Assembly (NCBI GenBank): GCA_002335425.1
Contig: DDCB01000036.1
Location: 11,470-75,469, forward strand
Direction: 5' to 3'
Source of the DNA: Chthonomonas sp. UBA2017
Lineage (GTDB): Bacteria > Armatimonadota > Fimbriimonadia > Fimbriimonadales > Fimbriimonadaceae
Length of the DNA: 64,000 nt
Below, piece by piece: positions 40,188 to 48,474 of this stretch. Numbering within the stretch: position 1 is the first letter of the stretch; the number at the start of each line of letters is the position of its first letter. Below the pieces are notes generated by a model that was not told where the DNA came from, made no database searches, and worked only from the letters and a program-made list of their open reading frames with translations. Made by a program: the position numbers and the translations under genes.

Positions 40188-42017
40188 TCACTCCACCGTC
40201 ACGGATTTCGCCAAGTTTCGAGGCTGATCGATGTCACAACCCCGCAACCGAGCTACATGGTACGCCAGAAGCTGGAGAGGAACAATGGAGATGAGAGCGT
40301 TCAGGTATTCATACGGGGTCCCGGGCACTCGGATGACGTGTTGGGCGAGTCGGTCTCCATGCTCGTCGTCTTCCGTCGTCACCGCAACCGTCGTGCCTCC
40401 CCGCGCCTCAATCTCCTTGATGTTGCTCATCAGCTTTTCACGCAAAGTTGCATCGCTCGCGCCGAAGATCGCCACAACGCCTTTCTCGACCAGAGCGAGC
40501 GGGCCGTGCTTCATCTCGCCGGCGGGCGACTCTTGGGTCGGGACATAGGCCAACTCCTTCAGCTTCAGAGCGGCCTCCAGCGCGACCGCCGAATCCACCC
40601 CGCGCCCTAAGAAAAAGAAAAGCGGCGCAGACTTGAACTTTTCCGCCATCTCGACGATCTGAGGTTCGACACTTCGCGCCGCCGCGACTTTGTCGCTGAG
40701 CAGCTTGAGTTCGCGGGCGATCTCCTCGGTTCGGACCCCCGGCATCTCTTTGACCTGAGCGATATAAAGGGCCAGCATCGCCAGAACCAAGACTTGGGCG
40801 GTGTAGGCTTTCGTACTCGCGACGCTAATCTCAGGCCCGGCCTGAGTGAAGATCGTCCGGTCGCATTCGCGGGCGATGCTCGACCCGACGACATTGACGA
40901 TGCCAAGCGTCCGGATTCGGCGAGTCTTGCAAAGCCGCAGCGCCGCCAAAGAATCCGCCGTTTCGCCAGACTGGCTGATGAAGATCGCGAGCGAGCGAGG
41001 TGCCAAAACCGGGTCGCCGTATCGAAACTCGCTGCTGTGGTACATATCGACCGGCAGCCGCAGTAGCTTTTCGATCATGTATCTACCCATCAGACCCGCG
41101 TTATAGGCGGTCCCACATCCAATGATTGCGATTCGATCAATCTCGTGCCAAACGTGCTCGCTGAAGACGTTCTCGAACCGAACCCGATTCGATTCGTCCA
41201 ATCGACCGGCCAGGCATTGACGGATCACCTCTGGCTGTTCGTGGGCTTCTTTGTAAAAAAAGTGCTCAAACCCACCTTTTTCGGCGGCTTCGACATCCCA
41301 ATCGACGTGCATCACCGGACTCGGGACGACCCGACCATCAAGGTCCATGACCTTGATTTCGCCTGGGGTCAGGACGGCGATTCGGTCATCCTCCAAGATG
41401 ATCACCTCGCGGGTGTAGGGGAGCAGCGCCGGGATGTCGCTCGCGAGCATATTTTCGCCGTCGCCTTTGCCTAGGACCATCGGGCTGGCGTTGCGCGCGG
41501 CCACAATTTTGTCTCTCTCTCGCTTGGAGATCACGACGATGGCGTAGGCTCCTCGAAGCCGAGCGACGCCCCGTCGAACAGCCTCTTCCAGATTTTCGGT
41601 CTTGGCATACTCGCGGCCGATGATGTGAGCGGCGACCTCGGTGTCGGTTTCGCTGCGAAAGACGTGTCCTTCCTTCAGAAGCTCATCTTTGAGCTCCAAG
41701 TAGTTCTCGATGATGCCGTTGTGGATGAGCGCCACCTGCTCGAAGTGGTCGTAGTGGGGGTGGGCATTCAGGTCAGTGGGGGCCCCGTGGGTCGCCCAGC
41801 GGCTATGCGCCATCGCGAGCTGGCTTTGGGGCATATCCTCGGCCATGACTCGCCCGAGCTCGCCGAGCTTGCCCGCCCGCTTGAGGACCTTGATGTCCGT
41901 GCCGTTCAGATAGGCGATGCCCGCACTGTCGTAGCCCCGATACTCCAGGCGTCTGAGCTGGTCAAAAACGATCTCGACCGCATTCTTGGGTCCGACATAT
42001 CCGGCAATTCCGCACAT
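40188..42017 (-). CDS. glmS: glutamine--fructose-6-phosphate aminotransferase
   Basis: Begins MCGIAGYVG (Cys nucleophile). Two SIS domains follow. The C-terminus ..DQPRNLAKSVTVE is characteristic. Confidence 0.95.
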   Translation of the reverse strand: MCGIAGYVGPKNAVEIVFDQLRRLEYRGYDSAGIAYLNGTDIKVLKRAGKLGELGRVMAEDMPQSQLAMAHSRWATHGAPTDLNAHPHYDHFEQVALIHNGIIENYLELKDELLKEGHVFRSETDTEVAAHIIGREYAKTENLEEAVRRGVARLRGAYAIVVISKRERDKIVAARNASPMVLGKGDGENMLASDIPALLPYTREVIILEDDRIAVLTPGEIKVMDLDGRVVPSPVMHVDWDVEAAEKGGFEHFFYKEAHEQPEVIRQCLAGRLDESNRVRFENVFSEHVWHEIDRIAIIGCGTAYNAGLMGRYMIEKLLRLPVDMYHSSEFRYGDPVLAPRSLAIFISQSGETADSLAALRLCKTRRIRTLGIVNVVGSSIARECDRTIFTQAGPEISVASTKAYTAQVLVLAMLALYIAQVKEMPGVRTEEIARELKLLSDKVAAARSVEPQIVEMAEKFKSAPLFFFLGRGVDSAVALEAALKLKELAYVPTQESPAGEMKHGPLALVEKGVVAIFGASDATLREKLMSNIKEIEARGGTTVAVTTEDDEHGDRLAQHVIRVPGTPYEYLNALISIVPLQLLAYHVARLRGCDIDQPRNLAKSVTVE

Positions 42018-42159
42018 AGCCCCTTGATGGTACTAGATTCTGCCCCGCCCTGCGTGGGCCCCGCGGGCTCATTCTTGAATCACGCCCCCGTTTATGGGCT
42101 GGCGCGTTTCACTAGCTTTTCAATCCACTGTTGAAAAACCTGTTCACTCGTTTCGCTCG

Positions 42160-43755
42160 TCAACAATTTTTTTTTTCCAAGGCAATCATTTCCTTCGCAA
42201 GACTCTGGACTTGCGTCTCTAGGTCAGACGTCTCAACTCTCAGAATCTCGTACTCTGATGATCCTCCCCCGTTCGCAGGTGAACGCACAAGATTCGAGTA
42301 CACCCGACGCATGGACCCGTGGTAATCATCAGTTGTACTGCGCATCGTGTAAGGAATCTCAACCTCCTTACCTCTTAAAACCGTGTAAACGCCCTTATCA
42401 ATCCCCAGAACAACAGGCAGAAAGGCCTTCGCTCCAGAACCCGAGATGATGAGGATCTGAAGCCGAGAACGACGATTACCAAGCCAGTAGAATGCCTTTT
42501 CCCGATCCATTTTTACTTTTATCTCCTTGTTTTCCAGGATTTCTACGGGCCTGAGTTCATCCTTGTCGATAATATACTGGACAGAAAGACTCTTCGAATA
42601 TTTTTGTTGCAGTTCCTCAGCACCGAGCGCATCGTAAGCGTCCTCCAGGATTTCCAGATGCTTCCGGAACTGAAACTTAAAGTACTCCGCGCCGATGAGT
42701 CGATAAGGCATGGGAGTTAAGTCGCTTTCATCTTCATCGTCTTCCAAAAGCAACGGCTTAAATGACCTTTGGATGACTCCGAAAGATTCATCTTCTTTAT
42801 CACCGCTTTGCTTAGGGTTAAAGCACGGCACGCGCTCATCCTTTTCTCGGATAAACCGCGAGGACTTCCGATAAACGTCACCCGCCATTTTGTAGGCGCA
42901 GACGCCATGTGGTATTCCATGGGTCCTCTCTTGCGAAAGTTCGAGAACCCGGGTCCAGGTTTCCTCGTGGCGCCTTCCAAAAAGATTTAGAATGCAACAA
43001 CACGTCGCCATCGTCTCGATCCAGATTTCATAATGCCGACCAACGACAACGTGTTTAATATGTTCTACTCTGCCGTTGACCTCTTTGTAGAGTTCTTCGA
43101 GGGTGTCACCTTTTGAAAAGTATCCAGAGAGACCTGATAGAGCGTCCTTCAACTGGGTCTTATCTTCATCTTTCACTTCCTCGACACCCGTATCGGAAAC
43201 CGTAGGGTCACTTTCTTTAATCTTATCTACGTATTCACCTAGTGACTTTTGGTACCGCTCTGAGAAAAGCAGATGATTCAACACAAGATCGCCTTGAAAC
43301 TCCGAATAGCTCTCGATGCCCGCTAAGTAGATTCCGAAGTCCTTAACAAATCCAAGAACAGCGGTCAACGCACTCTCGTCACCAACAGCGGTCAACGCAC
43401 TCTCGTCACCAACAGCGGTCAACGCGCTCTCGTCACCAAGACCGTCCAACGAGCTCTTCATCCATATTTTCGACCACCTTTTGTTTGCGCTCCACGGGAA
43501 GCTAGGCTTCCGTGTATTACTCCATGCCCCTTGTTTACTGGCATCTTTTAAACTCTTACATATTGACGACCCCAAAAACATTTCCCCGAGTTTTCGCTCT
43601 ACGGACTGCTCTAGGTTCTTCTCGGACATCACATCTCGCATGTTGAAACAGACAAGGGTTGCCAAGTCTGCCAACACCATATATGGATTTTGTTTGAAAC
43701 GAAAAATACTTCGAAGAGTCTGCTCGTCTTGCCTGATCCAGGAATCGATGTTCAA
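42160..43755 (-). CDS. hypothetical protein, island gene 3 of 3 (soluble, acidic, His/Cys-rich core, 3x9-aa repeat)
   Basis: 531-aa ORF in AT-rich DNA. The TTG start at 43755 overlaps the upstream stop (TTGA); the first ATG is at 43680. I recognise no family. Confidence 0.7.
   Translation of the reverse strand: MNIDSWIRQDEQTLRSIFRFKQNPYMVLADLATLVCFNMRDVMSEKNLEQSVERKLGEMFLGSSICKSLKDASKQGAWSNTRKPSFPWSANKRWSKIWMKSSLDGLGDESALTAVGDESALTAVGDESALTAVLGFVKDFGIYLAGIESYSEFQGDLVLNHLLFSERYQKSLGEYVDKIKESDPTVSDTGVEEVKDEDKTQLKDALSGLSGYFSKGDTLEELYKEVNGRVEHIKHVVVGRHYEIWIETMATCCCILNLFGRRHEETWTRVLELSQERTHGIPHGVCAYKMAGDVYRKSSRFIREKDERVPCFNPKQSGDKEDESFGVIQRSFKPLLLEDDEDESDLTPMPYRLIGAEYFKFQFRKHLEILEDAYDALGAEELQQKYSKSLSVQYIIDKDELRPVEILENKEIKVKMDREKAFYWLGNRRSRLQILIISGSGAKAFLPVVLGIDKGVYTVLRGKEVEIPYTMRSTTDDYHGSMRRVYSNLVRSPANGGGSSEYEILRVETSDLETQVQSLAKEMIALEKKNC
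43358..43438 (-). repeat. 3 x 27-bp perfect-phase tandem repeat inside island gene 3 (encodes GDESALTAV x3)
   Basis: acagcggtcaacgcactctcgtcacca occurs at 43358-43384 and 43385-43411. The third copy, 43412-43438, has one a->g change. Confidence 0.95.
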
Positions 43756-45239
43756 ATCGCGGCCTCCTGAAAAAGAAAATCGATGAGTTCGACCTCATCA
43801 GGATTATTGCTCTGGGGATTCTCTCTTATTTCGCACCCCAAGAATCTAGCTCTGGTTCTAATATACTCTTCTAAGATGAACTGGAACTTCTTAAGGCAAC
43901 CCTCTCGATCGAGTTTTCCATCGCTGATGTCTTCTCTGTTGAGCACTTGACTCGAAGTGTTGGCGAGTGCATCTCTAAGCAACTGCTGAGCGAACTCATG
44001 ACTTCCAGCTCCCAGCAGTCGACAACAGGCTTCGATCTTATCCCAGCTTTTGATCTGAAATCCTTGATCAAGTTTTAAAGCGCCACCAAGCCGCTTTTTC
44101 GCCTCTTCCATTTCCCCGTACCGAAAGTAGCTCTTATCAAACTGCGTTGACAAGAGAATACTGGCGATATATGACTCAGCCCTTGAGCCACGATCATAAT
44201 TTCGGACGAGAACGTTCTCGTAGGTGGTGGCAAGTCGATGCTGGCTCAGCTGTCCCCCACGGTTTTCGTCATAATCTTCGTGTAGAGCTCTGGAAAGCGC
44301 AGTCGCTTCATCACTTGTCTCGATCATTTGATAGGTTTCGTCCCCGATCACGTGCGCCCAGATCGGCGCAAGACCCACTCGGATTCGAGCAGGAAGAAGT
44401 TTTGAGTCAACATAATTCCTGTCTTCCTTCTTTTTCTGCTCATTGTATTTTTCGAGAGCTTTATAAATCATCAGCATCGTGTAGACTAGCCCGTAAAAGA
44501 ACCTTGCATCACGACCGACACTGGATGTCCAGAACTGGACTCTCACAGGGGCATCGGTGAGAAACCGCGCGTGACGCCTTCCCCTTTCATTGGCCACATG
44601 AAGCGAATCGCTGTATTGAGTCAAAGCTCTGAGGACATTATTGGAACCTGAGGACAGAACGTTCCTCCACTCGTCTTCTAAGCCCGGGACGGGTTGAAAT
44701 AGTGCCCACTCCTGGTGGACTTCCCAGAATCGAATCGTGGCCGTGAGTCGAATTCTCGACTGAGGTTGCGCTTCGTATTGCTCCAAGAAACAGGAGGACC
44801 ACTGGTGGCGCTCACTGTATCCCAAGATGCGTTCAGCAAGGTGAACTAGCTTTTTTTCTTGCTCTTCGACGGTCCTGTCGAGCTTTTCTACGACCTCGCG
44901 AACTTCTTCGGGAACTTCTTCCAGAGCGGCATCATGGTCTGCAGCGACAATAATAGCAACAAGTGCCATGGCAAAAACCGCAGGGAGGTACTCGTCCTTC
45001 ATGATGAGGGCGAAAGTGGCAGATGGTGTAATTGCCACTGTGTATGAGGCTATATTGACCCAGCGATCGAGCTTTACACGCTCCTCACCGAACGCGGATC
45101 TACGGATGATTGACTTAAGCTTCTTTTTCAGCTTCATAGCGTAGAACGCAATGAAAGATAGCAAAGCTACGACGATCAGTTGCAGGATCGCGTCAGCAAG
45201 GTCTTGCTTCCCGCCACTTCCGGCCAGGAGATCAATCAT
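43752..45239 (-). CDS. hypothetical membrane protein, island gene 2 of 3 (3 N-terminal TM helices + ~390-aa cytoplasmic domain)
   Basis: 495 aa. ATG 45239 overlaps the upstream stop (ATGA). TM segments are ~14-35, 60-80 and 84-100. The rest is helical and charged. I recognise no family. Confidence 0.7.
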   Translation of the reverse strand: MIDLLAGSGGKQDLADAILQLIVVALLSFIAFYAMKLKKKLKSIIRRSAFGEERVKLDRWVNIASYTVAITPSATFALIMKDEYLPAVFAMALVAIIVAADHDAALEEVPEEVREVVEKLDRTVEEQEKKLVHLAERILGYSERHQWSSCFLEQYEAQPQSRIRLTATIRFWEVHQEWALFQPVPGLEDEWRNVLSSGSNNVLRALTQYSDSLHVANERGRRHARFLTDAPVRVQFWTSSVGRDARFFYGLVYTMLMIYKALEKYNEQKKKEDRNYVDSKLLPARIRVGLAPIWAHVIGDETYQMIETSDEATALSRALHEDYDENRGGQLSQHRLATTYENVLVRNYDRGSRAESYIASILLSTQFDKSYFRYGEMEEAKKRLGGALKLDQGFQIKSWDKIEACCRLLGAGSHEFAQQLLRDALANTSSQVLNREDISDGKLDREGCLKKFQFILEEYIRTRARFLGCEIRENPQSNNPDEVELIDFLFQEAAI

Positions 45240-45739
45240 GATCCTCTACCCTGAGGACCCTGGTCGCGTTGAGGAATAATGCTAGGCGGAGTTGGGGTTA
45301 ACTCACTCTCTTTTTCATCGGGACGAACTCCTTGTGGGTGCAGATGAAGATTTTGGACATCAATATTGACCGACCCGCTAGGAGAGATGTGTTCCTTTTT
45401 AGCTTGCCGAATCATGATTATGAGAACAAGAAGTCCGAATAGTAGAAAGAACAAAATTAATGCTACTGAGGAATTCCTGATGTCCCTAGTGATGACAAAT
45501 TTTTTTTGCTTGGCAAGCCGCTCGGTCTCCGCTTTGTGCACGGCACTTTCAGCCTTGTCGCGCAAGGACTCGATTTCAGTTAGCACTTCTCTTTCGCTCG
45601 CCGTCGCTTCTAGTTTCAAGAGTTCCTTGATTTTGTCCATTCGTCGATTCCTATTTGCGTCGAATTCCTGGCTGAGCTTTTCAAGCTCTAGCCGCCCCCT
45701 GATCTCCCAGTAATTCCCAATCTTATGAATATCAGCCAA
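45236..45739 (-). CDS. hypothetical small membrane protein, island gene 1 of 3 (coiled coil + single TM)
   Basis: 167 aa from TTG 45739, with a GAGGAA Shine-Dalgarno-like box ~11 nt upstream. The N-terminal 85 aa are heptad-like and charged. The TM helix is SVALILFFLLFGLLVLIIMI (res 91-110). Confidence 0.6.
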   Translation of the reverse strand: MADIHKIGNYWEIRGRLELEKLSQEFDANRNRRMDKIKELLKLEATASEREVLTEIESLRDKAESAVHKAETERLAKQKKFVITRDIRNSSVALILFFLLFGLLVLIIMIRQAKKEHISPSGSVNIDVQNLHLHPQGVRPDEKESELTPTPPSIIPQRDQGPQGRGS

Positions 45740-45854
45740 AGTAGCGAGTCTTCCTCATGATGCGATTGACCCTCTTTCCCATTTTCCGAATCAGCGCAAA
45801 ACGCCTCTTAGGATCCCCTTACACCTTCTAACGTCAGCTTACCAGACAGTTAGT

Positions 45855-45869
45855 CGCACTTCAAGTGCG
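45855..45869. promoter_or_regulatory. 7-1-7 palindrome upstream of the island operon (candidate operator)
   Basis: cgcactt-c-aagtgcg lies ~120 nt upstream of the gene-1 start. Confidence 0.3.
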
Positions 45870-45934
45870 CTCTGATTTCTACGTGGGGGAGAGCGAATGG
45901 CCAAGGCAAAGAACTTGGGCCCGGGGACGAAGAA

Positions 45935-45971
45935 GATCGGGGCGGGGCGGATGATCCGCCCCGCCCCGATC
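45935..45971 (-). terminator. strong GC hairpin just downstream of the thioredoxin-domain gene
   Basis: Perfect 16-bp stem gatcggggcggggcgg/ccgccccgccccgatc with loop atgat, 26 nt after the stop at 45997. Confidence 0.65.
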
Positions 45972-45996
45972 GGGCGATATTGCTCTTGAGTCGAGC

Positions 45997-47001
45997 TTAG
46001 TTGGCGTCTTTCGCCTTGTGCATCTCAGCGACGAAGTCAGCGGTCGCGCGATAACCCATGAACTCGTGGACGACGGTGCCGTCGGCCTTGATGAACTTGA
46101 TCGTCGGCATCGCGCTGATTCCAAAGGCTTGGGCCACGGCCGGCTGTTGATCGACGTCGATCTTGCAGAACACGAAGTACTTGCTCATCGCCTTGAACTC
46201 GGCCGTCGGGAAGACGTCGCGCATCAGCATCTTGCAAGGACCGCACCACTCGGCATAGAAGTCGAGCATCACGCGGCGGTTGGAGGCCGCAGCAGCCTTT
46301 TTGGCTTCTTCCACGTCGTGGTACCACTTGTCGGCCATCAGGTCAGCGAGGCTGACTTCCTTGGCTCCGTCCGGAGCGTTGAAGGCGAACATTTCGCCCG
46401 CAACCGCCGCTCCGACCGTGATTTGGGTGGCGTTCAGGACAGTCGTCGCCTTCATGCCGCCCTTTTCGGCGGTGAATTCAGCTTGTCGAATGAGCTTGTC
46501 TTCGGGGCTGAAGTAGAAGGTGCCTTGCTTGCCCGACTTCGGATCGACCAGCGCCTCGACCACGCTCAGCTTCATGCCGCGTCGGGTCTTGGAGCCGGCT
46601 TCTCGACCCCCTTCGGCCACGGCCGACATCGCCTTGGCATCAAAGAACGGAGCCCAGAGCTGCATGTCTTCGCTCGCGAAAAGTCCAGCAAATTCGCTGG
46701 GAGTTTGATCCTTCCGATAGAACGAATTTGCCTTCTTGTCAAAGACCGTGATCTTGCTGCCGTCGGCTACGATGAGCTCGTTGGCACGCTCGATCTTCGC
46801 CATATTCGGCTTCGAGAGCAGAACGGTCGTGGTTTCGGCCGTTCCGCCGATGAGTTGGCTCGTGTAGGAGACTCGCAAGGAGCCCGCCTCGTTCAAAGTG
46901 TCGACGTACGACTTCGCCGTCGTGGAGCCGCGAGTGACCGCGAAGGCCACCGCAGCAGCCATCACGCCCAGTACAGCCATGATTGCATAAGATTTTTTCA
47001 A
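45997..47001 (-). CDS. secreted thioredoxin-domain protein with N-terminal LolA-like/unknown domain
   Basis: Signal peptide MKKSYAIMAVLGVMAAAVAFAV. The C-terminal thioredoxin fold carries the active site FYAEWCGPCKML. Confidence 0.8.
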   Translation of the reverse strand: MKKSYAIMAVLGVMAAAVAFAVTRGSTTAKSYVDTLNEAGSLRVSYTSQLIGGTAETTTVLLSKPNMAKIERANELIVADGSKITVFDKKANSFYRKDQTPSEFAGLFASEDMQLWAPFFDAKAMSAVAEGGREAGSKTRRGMKLSVVEALVDPKSGKQGTFYFSPEDKLIRQAEFTAEKGGMKATTVLNATQITVGAAVAGEMFAFNAPDGAKEVSLADLMADKWYHDVEEAKKAAAASNRRVMLDFYAEWCGPCKMLMRDVFPTAEFKAMSKYFVFCKIDVDQQPAVAQAFGISAMPTIKFIKADGTVVHEFMGYRATADFVAEMHKAKDAN

Positions 47002-47101
47002 CTTGAACCCTCCAAGGTCTATCGCTTTTCAATACGATAGTGCATCATCAGTTTATCCTGAGTTTCGGAAAAATGGCTCAGAAGTTCTAATTTCTTTGAC
47101 G

Positions 47102-48439
47102 ATGCAAGCGAATTCTTGGCCGAAAAGCCTCGTGTTGATCCTGATCCTCTTTGGGATTCTGGCGACTTGGTACGCGGCCGTCACTCCCTATCGTCAGGCA
47201 GGAATCCTTCTCGGGCAGCGCGATCCTCAGACTCGGCAGCGCCTCCAAGTTCCCGATATCGGTGCTCCGGACGAGCGACAGCATGTGAACTACGTCTCGC
47301 AGGTCTTAGAAGGGGAACTGCCCCGACTGGTCCCGGGGGATTTTGAGAACTATCAGGCTCACCAACCGCCCCTCTACTACTTGATGGGGGCCGCCATCGC
47401 GACGATCACCCGACAGACCGCCGACCCAATGCAGCTGAAATGGCCTCTCCGAGGGCTCAACATCGCCCTGGGGTTGCTGACGCTCGTCGGTGTGTTTCGG
47501 CTGGCTCAGCTCGTCTTGGATTCAGAGCCGCTCGCGTTGGCCGCCACGGCTTTGGTCGGATTCATGCCCATGTTCCTGGCTCTTCATGGGGCCGCTTCAA
47601 ACGACCCGCTGCTGTTTTGCTGGATGACTTGGGCGCTCGTCTCTCTGTTCCGCGCCCTGAAGACGGGTTGGACCTCTTCTCTTTGTATAGGCTTAGGCGT
47701 TTTACTTGGTTTGAGCGTGTTGACCAAGACCAGCGGCCTGGCGCTTTGGGCCACGGTCGGGGCCGGCGTCTTTTGGAGTCTTCGTCGTCCCCAAAAAGAC
47801 GGTAAGCCGTTCGTCCTGAAAACTTTGGTGCAAGTTTTCGGACTAGCTCTACTCATAGCGTCACCCTGGTGGCTTCGAAACGTCCAACTCTACGGCGATC
47901 CCCTGGCCATGCGAGCGTTCAACGAGGCCTTTGCGGGCTCGCCCCAAGCCTCCTTTTTCATCCAACAAATGGGGGCCTCCACCTACTGGGTCGAGATGGT
48001 CGGATGGTGGACTGCTCGTAGCTGGGTCGGAGTTTTCAGCTATATGGACATCTTTTTTCGTCCAGAATTGTACGCAGCATGTTGGCTAGCCCTCCTGGTG
48101 ATAACGCTGGGCGGAGTGTTTCGACTTCAGGATCTTCCCTCTGAATCTCGCCCATTGCTGGGGCTCTGCCTTTTCCACGCGCTGGTCGTGCTGGTCCTCT
48201 TCATCCAGTTCAATTCCCAATACTTCCAAGGCCAAGCCAGGTACTTGTATCCCGCGATCGGGGCGACTTCCGTGGTGGCGGCGGCGGGCCTGAGCAAGCT
48301 AGGCCAGGCGGTTGAACAGCGAGGCTGGATCGTCTTGGCAACACTGATGGTCTTGGGCAACGTCTATCTGCTGGCGAGTTTTCTTCCAGCGCAATTCGAC
48401 CTTCGAACTGTGGGAGCATCGTTTGGCGGGCCTGGGTAA
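47102..48439 (+). CDS. GT-C fold glycosyltransferase, family 39 (ArnT/PMT)-like
   Basis: ATG 47102 gives MQANSWPKSLVLILILFGILATW. The first-loop acidic motif APDERQHVNYV is present. About 11 TM helices. The track start at 47003 was rejected. Confidence 0.7.
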   Translation: MQANSWPKSLVLILILFGILATWYAAVTPYRQAGILLGQRDPQTRQRLQVPDIGAPDERQHVNYVSQVLEGELPRLVPGDFENYQAHQPPLYYLMGAAIATITRQTADPMQLKWPLRGLNIALGLLTLVGVFRLAQLVLDSEPLALAATALVGFMPMFLALHGAASNDPLLFCWMTWALVSLFRALKTGWTSSLCIGLGVLLGLSVLTKTSGLALWATVGAGVFWSLRRPQKDGKPFVLKTLVQVFGLALLIASPWWLRNVQLYGDPLAMRAFNEAFAGSPQASFFIQQMGASTYWVEMVGWWTARSWVGVFSYMDIFFRPELYAACWLALLVITLGGVFRLQDLPSESRPLLGLCLFHALVVLVLFIQFNSQYFQGQARYLYPAIGATSVVAAAGLSKLGQAVEQRGWIVLATLMVLGNVYLLASFLPAQFDLRTVGASFGGPG

Positions 48440-48474
48440 CCTCTCCGCAAGCTTGAGTCGTCCAATTTGGTGAA

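Noticed and set aside
42018-42159. Possible glmS ribozyme in the glmS 5' leader.
   Set aside because: The leader is only ~140 nt. I could not find the conserved glmS ribozyme core by eye. An Rfam scan (RF00234) would settle it.
43358-43438. Could the 27-bp repeats be a mini CRISPR array?
   Set aside because: The units are directly abutting with no spacers. They lie in frame inside a long ORF, and no cas genes are present.
44340-44360. PLD/HKD-like motif WAHVIGD in island gene 2.
   Set aside because: It lacks the invariant Lys of HxK(x)4D. No second HKD copy was seen. The resemblance is too weak to support a phospholipase D or nuclease call.
42018-45996. Prophage or integrative element explanation for the AT-rich island.
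   Set aside because: No integrase, recombinase, phage structural or replication genes are present, and no flanking tRNA or direct repeats. It remains a foreign cassette of unknown origin.
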